DNA of 64,000 bases from Pseudomonadota bacterium (lineage in GTDB: Bacteria > Pseudomonadota > Gammaproteobacteria > Pseudomonadales > UBA7434), in contig JAYYUJ010000018.1 in assembly GCA_036344075.1 (NCBI GenBank), positions 460 through 64,459 of the forward strand, read 5' to 3'. Position 1 is the first letter of the stretch. Each line of letters begins with the position of its first letter. Below are positions 19,851-28,435 of this stretch, piece by piece. A model generated the notes under the pieces. The model was not told the DNA's origin and made no database searches. It saw nothing but the letters and a program-made list of their open reading frames with translations. The translations under genes and the position numbers were made by a program.

Positions 19851-22028
19851 TTGCAACAAAGTATCCATCGGTTTTTTATTAGATCTCGCTCATGTTTGTT
19901 AGTGGTAATAGCTTGTGCGATAGTTTTCTCTCTCTCGGCTACTGCTTCGGCACAGCCAGCCGTCACCACCGTTGATCGCGAACGAGCAAGGGCTGCTGGC
20001 GATGAAGCCGGCAACTGGTTGTTACATGGTCGAACCTACGACGAACAGCGCTTTAGTCCGTTAAGTCAGATCAATACCGACAATGTCGCGCAGTTATCGT
20101 TGTCGTGGTATTTTGAAACCGGTACGCGACGTGGATTAGAAGCCTCACCTATCGTCGTCGATGGCCGTATGTATACCAGCGGACCTTGGGGAGTGGTCTT
20201 TGCTCTCGATGCTAAAACTGGCGAGCAACTTTGGTTTTATGACCCTAAAGTTGATAAGTCGCGAGGTTTTTATGCCTGTTGCGACACGGTCAATCGAGGC
20301 GTGGCAGTCTGGGGCGATAACGTCTATGTCGCGACATTGGATGGCCGTCTAGTAGCGATCAATGCCTTGTCGGGTCAGCTGGAATGGCAGACACAAACCT
20401 TTGATCTGTCACAGGCTTATACCATTACTGGTGCGCCGCGCATTATTGATGGCAAAGTTATTATTGGTAACGGCGGTGCTGATTTTGGTGTGCGCGGTTA
20501 TGTCACGGCATACGATGCCGAGTCAGGTAAGCAATTGTGGCGATTTTATACCGTGCCCGGAAACCCCGCTTTAGGTTTCGAATCAGCTGCCTTAGCAACG
20601 GCTGCTAAGACTTGGAACGGTGACTGGTGGACATTAGGCGGCGGCGGTACGGTATGGGATTCTATGGCCTACGATGCCGAGCTGCATCAGTTATACATTG
20701 GCGTTGGTAATGGTTCACCGTGGAACAGTTATGTCCGCAGCCCAGAGGGGGGCGACAATTTATACCTCTCATCGATTGTGGCACTGAACCCTGACAATGG
20801 CGAGTATATTTGGCATTATCAAACCACGCCGGGTGAACGCTGGGACTATACCGCCACTCAACACATGGTGTTGGCCGATTTGCCCATCAACGGCGAAACG
20901 CGACAAGTGATTATGCAGGCGCCTAAAAATGGTTTCTTTTATGTGATTGACCGAACTAACGGTGAATTTATTTCTGCCGAGCCCTACGCGAAAGTCAATT
21001 GGGCTAGTCATATTGATCCAGACACGGGCAGACCAGTGATGACGGATGTTGCCAATTATCGTGATGAGCCGCAGTTTACCTTGCCCTCCATGGTCGGTGC
21101 TCACAACTGGCATCCCATGGCTTATCATCCCGAACATCAGTTGATGTACATTCCCACGATTGAGCAGGGCTTTGAATTTAAGGCCAATGATGAGTTTGCT
21201 AATGAAGGCACATTGCATACCGGTGTCGCGATGAGTATGGGGCGTGCCGATCCCTTACTATTTAAAGCGGTTCAGAAAGCCACTCACATCGGTTCGATAG
21301 TGGCCTGGGATCCAGTAGCCCAAACCGAGCGATGGCGGGTCGATTTCGATAAACCGTGGTCTATGAGTTTACTGGTAACGGCGGGTAATTTACTGTTTCA
21401 AGGCAGTCATGATGGTTGGCTAAAAGCCTATCGCGCCGATACTGGCGAACTCGTATGGCAATCATTAACGCAAATTGCGGCCATGGCACCGCCGATCACC
21501 TACACGGTTGATGGTGAGCAGTACATTGCCATTATGGCCGGTTGGGGGGGCTTCATGGGGATGATGGGCGCCGACAGTGTTCAGCATACCGCTAGTAAAG
21601 GGCGAGTATTGGCCTTTAAAATTGGCGGTCAAGCGAGCCTGCCACCATTAACAGAGCGTCCGATTATGCCGCCGGCACCGCCATTAACCGCCAGCGAATC
21701 AGCGCTTGATGACGGCGCGCAATTGTATGCCACGCATTGCGGCCGATGCCATGGCCCAGCGGTACAAGGCGGTGGCCTGGTGCCTGATTTACGCTATATG
21801 ACCGAGCAAACGCATCAGTTGTTTGATGTGATCGTCTTGGGTGGTCTGTATGCGGATAAAGGGATGGTTAGCTTCAATGAAGTTTTGTCAGAATCTGATT
21901 CACATTTGATTCATCAGTATGTGATCTCTGAAATCCAGGCGCATCATGCCATGGCAGCTGATCCTGAATGGTGGAATGCGCTTAAGCTATGGTTTTATGA
22001 AAAGCTAATTCGCTTCTCGGCGGGTTAG
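19851..22028 (+). CDS. Quinohemoprotein (type II) PQQ-dependent alcohol dehydrogenase with a C-terminal cytochrome c domain
   Basis: 725 aa. A signal peptide ends ...SATASAQP. The vicinal disulfide YACCDTVNRG is characteristic of quinoprotein ADHs, and repeated W-containing propeller blades are present. The catalytic region is WDYT. The C-terminal heme c site is CGRCHG.

The start is TTG at 19851 according to the ORF track. No in-frame ATG occurs before the signal peptide. Confidence 0.9.
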   Translation: MQQSIHRFFIRSRSCLLVVIACAIVFSLSATASAQPAVTTVDRERARAAGDEAGNWLLHGRTYDEQRFSPLSQINTDNVAQLSLSWYFETGTRRGLEASPIVVDGRMYTSGPWGVVFALDAKTGEQLWFYDPKVDKSRGFYACCDTVNRGVAVWGDNVYVATLDGRLVAINALSGQLEWQTQTFDLSQAYTITGAPRIIDGKVIIGNGGADFGVRGYVTAYDAESGKQLWRFYTVPGNPALGFESAALATAAKTWNGDWWTLGGGGTVWDSMAYDAELHQLYIGVGNGSPWNSYVRSPEGGDNLYLSSIVALNPDNGEYIWHYQTTPGERWDYTATQHMVLADLPINGETRQVIMQAPKNGFFYVIDRTNGEFISAEPYAKVNWASHIDPDTGRPVMTDVANYRDEPQFTLPSMVGAHNWHPMAYHPEHQLMYIPTIEQGFEFKANDEFANEGTLHTGVAMSMGRADPLLFKAVQKATHIGSIVAWDPVAQTERWRVDFDKPWSMSLLVTAGNLLFQGSHDGWLKAYRADTGELVWQSLTQIAAMAPPITYTVDGEQYIAIMAGWGGFMGMMGADSVQHTASKGRVLAFKIGGQASLPPLTERPIMPPAPPLTASESALDDGAQLYATHCGRCHGPAVQGGGLVPDLRYMTEQTHQLFDVIVLGGLYADKGMVSFNEVLSESDSHLIHQYVISEIQAHHAMAADPEWWNALKLWFYEKLIRFSAG

Positions 22029-22207
22029 AATATCGACAAAATTTAAAAATCACTTTTATTTTTTTGCCTTAGGATTGTTTTTCACATATCCCTGAGTAAA
22101 ATGACCTATTGTTTTGAATTAGCGCTTAGCTCATGCCGGCTTCGAGTAGGCTAACGCTCAATTATCCACGTATTTATATTGAACTTAAGCCAGTGTAGGA
22201 ACCACAG

Positions 22208-22600
22208 ATGAGCGATTTACCATCAGAATTACGTTATGCCGCTAGCCATGAATGGGTTCGCGTAGAAACCGACGGTAGTGTCGTGATAGGCATTACCGAT
22301 CATGCACAGGCCCAGTTAGGCGATGTGGTTTATGTTGAGTTGCCTGATGTTGGTCAAATTCTATCGGCCGGCGATGAAGCAGGCGTCGTTGAGTCCGTTA
22401 AAGCGGCGTCAGATGTGTATGCGCCGATTTCAGGTGAAGTGATCGCGGTTAATGATCGTTTAGACGATGAGCCAGAAACCGTTAACAGTGAGCCTTATGA
22501 AGATGGTTGGTTTTATCGACTGCAGCCAGCGGATACGGTTGAGCTTGATGATCTGTTAACGTCAGACGCCTATGCCGAAGTGGTCGCTGAAGACAATTAA
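22208..22600 (+). CDS. gcvH: Glycine cleavage system protein H (lipoyl carrier)
   Basis: 130 aa. It has YAASHEWV at the N-terminus and the lipoyl-lysine motif [18 protein letters not shown]. Confidence 0.95.
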
Positions 22601-22614
22601 ACACTAGCACTATC

Positions 22615-22646
22615 AAAAAGGTCTCATTAACGAGGCCTTTTTTTTT
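22615..22646 (+). terminator. Rho-independent terminator after gcvH
   Basis: The sequence is aaaaaGGTCTCattaacGAGGCCttttttttt. It forms a 6-7 bp GC-containing stem (one G-U pair) that is extended by A-U pairs, has a 6-nt loop, and is followed by a T9 run. Confidence 0.85.
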
Positions 22647-22680
22647 GACGGTGGTTTTTAAGAGTGAGTCAATAAAAAAG

Positions 22681-23493
22681 ATGAAAGGCCCGTATCCACT
22701 CAAATTACACTTCCCGCAGTCGCTGGCGATGTTTGTGCATCAGAAAACCGATATTCATATTTCTGAACAAATTATTGAAAACGGTATTTGGGAATCGTAC
22801 GAAACCAGTATATTGGAAAAATTACTGTTTCCCGGCGCGACCTTTATTGATGTGGGTGCCAATATTGGCTACTACAGCTTAATTGGCGCTGTGCTTGTCG
22901 GTGACAACGGTCGCGTCGTTGCCTTTGAGCCAGAGCAAGATAATTTTGCCTTATTAGAAAAAAATCTGTCATTTAATCATATTAAAAATGTTGAGGCGGT
23001 GAATGCCGGTTTAAGTGCTTCTCAAAAGCAAGGCAAACTGTACCTTAACAAAGAAAATCGTGGCGACCACCAAATATACCAACGGACGAGTAGAGCCGCG
23101 CCGCGTACTGAACAGGCGATTAGTTTAGTTGCTGGCAACGATTTTTTAAGTCAGCAATTATTTCCTCCTGTTCGCCAGGTTGACGTGCTTAAAATCGATA
23201 CGCAGGGGGCAGAGTTCCTTGTATTGAGTGGCCTCATGCCGTTATTAAAAGCAAGTTTGCCGAGATTAAAAATGATCATTGAGTTTACCCCTTATAGTTT
23301 AAAACAAGCAGGAGCCAGTGGCATGGCCTTATTAGAGCTTGTTAATGAGCTCGAGTTACCCATGCAATTAATAGATCACCTCGGTCGTCAGTTACGTCCA
23401 ATAAGCCGAATAGAGATGCAGCAATGGATAGCGCAAACCGATGCGGCAGTGGGCAACGAAGGGTTTATTAATTTATTAGTCGGTCATCTCTGA
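22681..23493 (+). CDS. FkbM-family SAM-dependent methyltransferase
   Basis: It has IDVGANIGYYS (SAM-binding G-rich loop), VVAFEPEQDNFALLEKN and LKIDTQGAE, typical of TIGR01444/FkbM. The track's TTG start (22645) sits inside the gcvH terminator T-run, so I prefer the ATG at 22681 (MKGPYP...). Confidence 0.75.
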   Translation: MKGPYPLKLHFPQSLAMFVHQKTDIHISEQIIENGIWESYETSILEKLLFPGATFIDVGANIGYYSLIGAVLVGDNGRVVAFEPEQDNFALLEKNLSFNHIKNVEAVNAGLSASQKQGKLYLNKENRGDHQIYQRTSRAAPRTEQAISLVAGNDFLSQQLFPPVRQVDVLKIDTQGAEFLVLSGLMPLLKASLPRLKMIIEFTPYSLKQAGASGMALLELVNELELPMQLIDHLGRQLRPISRIEMQQWIAQTDAAVGNEGFINLLVGHL

Positions 23494-23570
23494 ATAACAG
23501 TAACGTCATCTCGTCAAGCTATTTGGCTAGGTATACTTTTTATATTCGACATTGGTTAGGCAGGCGTTTT

Positions 23571-23975
23571 ATGAAGACTCTTTCTGTGCTTATGATTAGC
23601 ATTGGTTTTTTTTATGCTGGTACCCTGCACTTTACTGATGCACACGATTTAGTAGCCATTACCCCATTACCGTTCGCCTTAGAAATTGTCTGGTTAACCG
23701 GCATTATGGAATTTATTTTTCCTGTTTTTTTATTATGGCCTAAATATCGCGCCGTGACTGGCCTATGGTTGTCGATTTTTTGTTTGGCGGTATTAACCGC
23801 GAATATTAATATGGCGGTTAATAATCTTCCTATGTTTGGTCAGCCAGTAGCGCCATGGATTGCATGGTTAAGATTGCCTATGCAATTTGTGTTAATTGCC
23901 TGGATTATTTATGCCTGTGATTCTATGCAGCTGCTGAAGCGTTACGGTTGGCGTGCGTTGTTTCATCGGCAATAA
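23571..23975 (+). CDS. Small integral membrane protein (DoxX-like, about 4 TM segments)
   Basis: The hydrophobic segments are SVLMISIGFFYAG, IVWLTGIMEFIFPVFLL, GLWLSIFCLAVLTA and FVLIAWIIYA. I prefer the ATG at 23571 over the track's TTG at 23523. The family assignment is tentative. Confidence 0.45.
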   Translation: MKTLSVLMISIGFFYAGTLHFTDAHDLVAITPLPFALEIVWLTGIMEFIFPVFLLWPKYRAVTGLWLSIFCLAVLTANINMAVNNLPMFGQPVAPWIAWLRLPMQFVLIAWIIYACDSMQLLKRYGWRALFHRQ

Positions 23976-24027
23976 TGAGTTGTTGGTTTTTTAAAAAACA
24001 AAGTGACCCAATTATAAAAGAAAAACT

Positions 24028-24540
24028 ATGCGTTATTTAATGATATTCTTCTGCATTTTGTTAGGCTCTTGTACCGGCATGCCTGCCGATATAAAGGCCG
24101 TCGAAAACTTTGAATTACAGCGTTATCTGGGTAAATGGTATGAGATCGCACGTTTAGATCATTCATTTGAGCGCGGCTTAAGTCACGTCAGCGCGCATTA
24201 CACAATCAACAATGACGGGAGTGTGACGGTTACTAACCGCGGCTTTAAAACCGATAAAAACCGGTGGGATGAGGTGCAAGGGCGAGCTTTGATGGTAGAA
24301 GATCCAACAGTCGGCCATCTAAAAGTTTCTTTCTTCGGGCCTTTTTTTGGCTCCTATGTAATTTTTGAGTTGGATCAATTGCATTATCAATACGCGTTTG
24401 TGACCAGCTACAATAAAGAATTTTTATGGCTTCTGGCGCGTACACCCACCGTTGATGAAGCCGTGATTCAGCGGTTTAAAGAAGTGATCAGTATTTATGA
24501 TTTTGATCAACAGGGCTTGATCTGGGTTGACCAGTCGTAA
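24028..24540 (+). CDS. blc: Outer-membrane lipoprotein Blc (bacterial lipocalin)
   Basis: 170 aa. It has the lipobox LLGSC and the lipocalin signature LQRYLGKWYEIARLDHSFERG. Confidence 0.9.
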   Translation: MRYLMIFFCILLGSCTGMPADIKAVENFELQRYLGKWYEIARLDHSFERGLSHVSAHYTINNDGSVTVTNRGFKTDKNRWDEVQGRALMVEDPTVGHLKVSFFGPFFGSYVIFELDQLHYQYAFVTSYNKEFLWLLARTPTVDEAVIQRFKEVISIYDFDQQGLIWVDQS

Positions 24541-24622
24541 TGACCCGTTGTGATGAATGGTCGTGATGATGATGCCAGTTAAATACCAATTATTCATTGG
24601 CTAAAATGCTTGGAGAGTTCAT

Positions 24623-25390
24623 ATGCTATTAAAAAATAAAGTTGGCTTAGTGACCGGCGGTGGCGATGGTATTGGTCGTGCAACTTGTGTGGCGTTTGCT
24701 AACGATGGCGCGAAAGTGGCAGTGGCCGATATTCGTTTAGAGATGGCTCAGAAGACCGTTGATTTGATTAAGGCTAACGGCGGTGAGGCGATTGCAATTA
24801 AGGTTGATGTTTCTAAAGCGGCTGAAGTTGAGGCGATGGTCGCTGCAACCGTTGAGCATTTTGGTTCGCTGGATTGTGTGTCGAATAATGCCGCGGGAGG
24901 GGCTAGCTTTGCGATGCTACCCGAGATGGAAGAGGATAGTTGGGACAAGACGCAAGCCGTTTGTTTAAAAGGGGTTTGGCTCTGTTTAAAGTATCAAATA
25001 CCGGCCATGTTAAAAACTGGCGGGGGTGCTATTGTCAATATCGCATCATTGTCGGCTGTGCGTGGGGAAGCCATGCAGTCACCATACAGCGCGGCTAAAG
25101 GTGGCGTGATTGCTTTAACACGCACTGCCGCGGCTGAATGGGCCAGGGACGGTATTCGGATTAATGCCATTAACCCTGGCGGCATTCGCACGGAGGGCAT
25201 TAAACGGTATTTTGAGCAGGTCCCTGGGGCAGAAGAAAATACGGCCGGCGTTCATGCTATGCGACGCTTGGGCGAGCCAGAAGAAGTGGCCGATGCGGTG
25301 TGCTATTTAGTGTCAGATCGTGCCTCATTTATCACAGGTACAACGCTAGATGTCGATGGGGGTATTATGGTTAACCCCCATACTTTGTGA
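24623..25390 (+). CDS. Short-chain dehydrogenase/reductase (classical SDR)
   Basis: 255 aa. It has TGGGDGIGRA (TGxxxGxG), NNAA, and the catalytic YSAAKGG (YxxxK). Confidence 0.88.
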   Translation: MLLKNKVGLVTGGGDGIGRATCVAFANDGAKVAVADIRLEMAQKTVDLIKANGGEAIAIKVDVSKAAEVEAMVAATVEHFGSLDCVSNNAAGGASFAMLPEMEEDSWDKTQAVCLKGVWLCLKYQIPAMLKTGGGAIVNIASLSAVRGEAMQSPYSAAKGGVIALTRTAAAEWARDGIRINAINPGGIRTEGIKRYFEQVPGAEENTAGVHAMRRLGEPEEVADAVCYLVSDRASFITGTTLDVDGGIMVNPHTL

Positions 25391-25431
25391 TGAGTATCGT
25401 GATTAATAATGAAGCCAATAGGCTAAAAAAA

Positions 25432-26199
25432 TTAAAAAGAATTGGGTCTTAGCATGGCATCGTGACCGCCATCAACAAATAATATACTGCCTGAAATAAA
25501 GCCTGCTTTTTTAGGATCTAATAAAAAACAGGTCGCTTCAGCAATATCTTCGGGCAGACCTGGCCGACCAATAGGAATACTTTTAATAAATTCTTCAAGT
25601 ACTTCAGCAAATTCTGGATCACTTCTACCGGCATCGGTTAAAGGTGTTTGAGTAAACCCGGGTGCGACAGCGTTCAGTCGAATGCCATTTTCTGCATAAG
25701 CTTTTGACGCGTTGCGTAGCCAGCAACTCAATGCATATTTGCCGCCGCCATAGGCAAGTTGTCCGTTACCAATTTCATCAAGTTTAGCGCTTGCACCGGC
25801 CTCGTTGCCGGCTAACATTAAATCGACAACCTCTTGCTCATAGCCCATAGTGGCCGAGTTGGATGAGATCATAACGATAGCGCCTTGTTTTTTTGCGACT
25901 AATGATTTAACCCCTTCGGTAACAGCGAGCGCACCAAAGAAATTGATTCTAGCGACCATCGACGGTGGTGAAATATGTGGGCCTACGCCAGCGCAGGGAA
26001 TAAAACCATCCAGTCCATCAGGCGCAGCGGCAGCAATCCCGTCTACAGCGGTTTGACGGCCTTCAAGTGTAGAAAGGTCAGCGATAATATCAGCATCTTT
26101 AATATCAACTACAATGACTTGGTTGCCTTGGCTGAGTAATTGTTGTTTTATGGCGTTGCCAATACCTGTTGCGCCACCTGTCATTGCATATAAACCCAT
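25432..26199 (-). CDS. SDR resembling 3-alpha-(or 20-beta)-hydroxysteroid dehydrogenase/carbonyl reductase
   Basis: 255 aa. It has TGGATGIGNA and the catalytic Y-GGGK (AYGGGKYAL). The layout ...VVDIKDADIIADLSTLEGRQTAV...DGFIPCAGVGP...DGGHDAMLRP parallels Comamonas testosteroni 3alpha-HSD/CR as I remember it (IDIRDAEVIADLSTAEGRKQAI...DGLVLCAGLGP...DGGIDAVMRP). Confidence 0.75.
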   Translation of the reverse strand: MGLYAMTGGATGIGNAIKQQLLSQGNQVIVVDIKDADIIADLSTLEGRQTAVDGIAAAAPDGLDGFIPCAGVGPHISPPSMVARINFFGALAVTEGVKSLVAKKQGAIVMISSNSATMGYEQEVVDLMLAGNEAGASAKLDEIGNGQLAYGGGKYALSCWLRNASKAYAENGIRLNAVAPGFTQTPLTDAGRSDPEFAEVLEEFIKSIPIGRPGLPEDIAEATCFLLDPKKAGFISGSILFVDGGHDAMLRPNSF

Positions 26200-26283
26200 A
26201 ATTATTTCCTTGCTGTTTATTTGAGATAGATTATAACTGATTTCAGCGACAGCTTATCTATACTTACCGTTCATATAAACCAC

Positions 26284-27099
26284 TTATTGTCGTCTTTCAA
26301 GCGCGGCTTTTCTGAATTCAGAGTCGGCTAAGCCAATGTTGAACTGCTGCTCATGCCACTTCAAAATTGTTTCTGCTTTTGTAGTGGTATTAAGCATGCT
26401 CAATTGATCGGGTCGCCAAAATTTATTGAGATAAAGTTGATAGTTCGAGATTCTTAATTGCTTGCTTAATTTGCCAGTTCGGCGACTGTAAAAGTCAATT
26501 TCCCAACTACGAAGTTCAGCCTTATCAATATGGCTAATGGTTTTTTCGTAGCCGGTGTAAGGGTCTTTAGAGCGTGTTTCAATGATATGGCAGGCTTGTA
26601 AGGGTTCGCCGCATTCGGTTTCACCAAGGTAGCGATAATTATTTTTGTCGAGTGAGAAGGCAGCCATATCTTCAAAAGTAAATTCGCTACCCATGAAACG
26701 CCCCGTTTTTCTTTTCGAGCTGATGCGTTTAACGCGATTTTGCGAAGGCAGATAAATCCATTGTTTATCGGCCTCAAGCGGAAAGCTGTGGGTGAGAAAA
26801 ACAGTGCCCTTAACATCCAAGGGTTTAGCGAAAAATAATAAACTTTTGTCCTTGCCGTTTTCACCTTCAAGTGTTTTTGTAGTGACTTCGCGGATGACTT
26901 CTCGTCCATCAGCACGTCGAATAATCATGCTCATATTGGCGGTAGAATCTTGCCAGCCAGTATCTCGGCGGTCTGATTCAGCCATAATATCATAGGCTTT
27001 CTGTGCTTGATCGCTTTCACTGCTGGACTGTTCCGCTGACACTAAATGCGCAGACAAAGAGACGATAAAAATAATCAATAACAGAGTGATCGAAAACAT
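26284..27099 (-). CDS. LolA-like periplasmic 'outer-membrane lipoprotein-sorting' family protein
   Basis: I prefer the internal ATG at 27099 (MFSITLLLIIFIVSLSAHLVSA, a clean signal peptide) over the track start at 27195, which would overlap the upstream gene by 53 nt. The family call rests on size, the signal peptide and the recurrent pairing with COG1033-type RND genes. It is from memory, with no catalytic motif to anchor it. Confidence 0.55.
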   Translation of the reverse strand: MFSITLLLIIFIVSLSAHLVSAEQSSSESDQAQKAYDIMAESDRRDTGWQDSTANMSMIIRRADGREVIREVTTKTLEGENGKDKSLLFFAKPLDVKGTVFLTHSFPLEADKQWIYLPSQNRVKRISSKRKTGRFMGSEFTFEDMAAFSLDKNNYRYLGETECGEPLQACHIIETRSKDPYTGYEKTISHIDKAELRSWEIDFYSRRTGKLSKQLRISNYQLYLNKFWRPDQLSMLNTTTKAETILKWHEQQFNIGLADSEFRKAALERRQ

Positions 27100-27142
27100 T
27101 TTTTTATTCAATAGAGTATTGGTCACGTTTAGTCTCTCAGAG

Positions 27143-28435
27143 TTAAAAGTATTGGGTATAAGATAGGGCGATATAGTCATCATTATGTAATTCAAAAAAA
27201 TCAGTTTCTAGCTCTCTTGATGATGCATTGCCAGGGGCATCAAATAAACGAACAGTTAGATCGATTTTACCGTTATTATTATTGCGGTAGCTATGCTCGA
27301 TGAAAGTTAAATATTCTTGCCGATCGAGATCTAAAATACTACCCAACAACAACTCAGAACCCTGCAGGTCGTTAAAGCCGATACGTAAGCCAATAAAGAG
27401 ATCATTGGCCAGTGCCTCACCACGCCGTTGATCCCATAGATATTCAGTCAGTAAGCTGTAGTCATAGTCTGGGTTAAATAATGGCGGTAACGAAACCTCG
27501 AAGCCGGCCACAGCAGCGCTATAACGAGAAGGCATTGCGCTCTGAAGACTAGATAGGAAATGTGATGGGAGAGTAAAACCATTTCGCGTAATAGCTTCGA
27601 GTTTCCAGAGCCAGTTGTCGGTAGCGTATTCTATTTGCAGGCCAGTTTGCTCAATAACGGGATAGAACGGCCTGAGTTCTGCATGCTGTGGGTCAGCTAA
27701 AAACAGAATGGGCTCGCGCGAAGTACCTGAAAAGTGACTAATCGCTATTTCCCACTGGTCCAGTAATAGTACGAAACGCATGGCGGCATCAAGGCGCTTA
27801 TTTTCAGCCTTTGACGCATATTCAGGGTGGTCAGTATCAATACTGTAGACGCCCCGGAGTCGCGCGTCATCACCAGGGAAAATGCGTTCACGAAAAAACG
27901 GTAAGGCCAATAACTCAAAGCTAAAATGATCGTTTAACCAGACCCAATTGACCATTGCCTGCCCCAGTTTATCTTCATCATCAATATCGGCACTGGCATC
28001 CGCCTGATTAATGATATCCACAAGATTAACTGCTTCAGTGGTTCGCCAACTAATGGTTCTAATACCAGTTCTTAGCTCCCAGTTAGTCTCAATCTTCGTC
28101 CAACTAAGTGATTTAAAATCGACTTTTGAACGTTCATGATCTTGGCTGTTGTAACGAATGATCGGCGCAATGGTTAACTCATTCGCCAGTTGGCCACGAT
28201 CATTCTGCCAGCTAAGACCATAGTTGCCTTGCCAGATTAATGAGCCATCTTGATTATGGTCGATGCTTGGGCTGCTATGAGCAAACTGTTTAAACTCGAG
28301 GCCGATCGATTGGCGTTTTTCTAGTTGAAATTTAGCAGCATACGTGTTGCTAATAGCGAAGCCACAGAGGAGCAGCCCTGTGAAAATGGTCATCCTTCGA
28401 TTTACCTTGGCGGTTTTTTTAAACCCCTTTAGCAT
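27143..28435 (-). CDS. Predicted outer-membrane beta-barrel protein of unknown function
   Basis: 430 aa. A signal peptide ends ...AISNTYA-AKF. The sequence has alternating amphipathic beta-strand character and the C-terminus ...ALSYTQYF (terminal Phe, the OMP sorting signature). The start shares one nucleotide with the RND stop (TAATG). Confidence 0.55.
   Translation of the reverse strand: MLKGFKKTAKVNRRMTIFTGLLLCGFAISNTYAAKFQLEKRQSIGLEFKQFAHSSPSIDHNQDGSLIWQGNYGLSWQNDRGQLANELTIAPIIRYNSQDHERSKVDFKSLSWTKIETNWELRTGIRTISWRTTEAVNLVDIINQADASADIDDEDKLGQAMVNWVWLNDHFSFELLALPFFRERIFPGDDARLRGVYSIDTDHPEYASKAENKRLDAAMRFVLLLDQWEIAISHFSGTSREPILFLADPQHAELRPFYPVIEQTGLQIEYATDNWLWKLEAITRNGFTLPSHFLSSLQSAMPSRYSAAVAGFEVSLPPLFNPDYDYSLLTEYLWDQRRGEALANDLFIGLRIGFNDLQGSELLLGSILDLDRQEYLTFIEHSYRNNNNGKIDLTVRLFDAPGNASSRELETDFFELHNDDYIALSYTQYF

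Noticed and set aside
20769-21218. Antisense or out-of-frame ORFs of 60-159 aa nested inside long genes. Examples: 20769..21218(-), 26466..26915(-), 48498..48977(-), 28700..29020(+), 34581..34940(-), 52449..52760(+), 53153..53500(+), 63701..63904(+).
   Set aside because: All lie wholly within, or straddle, confidently identified genes on the other strand or in another frame. They have low-complexity or Ser/Arg/Pro-rich shadow-ORF composition and no recognisable motifs.
22029-22207. A glycine riboswitch upstream of gcvH. I also looked upstream of the AGCS symporter at 46068-46357.
   Set aside because: I could not find the conserved GGAGAG / CACCG / GGGGCAA-type blocks on the relevant strand in either spacer. 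A cmsearch would be needed to be certain.
27100-27195. A 53-nt overlap between the LolA-like ORF (track start 27195) and the upstream barrel gene.
   Set aside because: The N-terminal 32 codons of the track ORF lack signal-peptide character. The internal ATG at 27099 begins a canonical signal peptide and removes the overlap, so the long form is probably an ORF-calling artefact.
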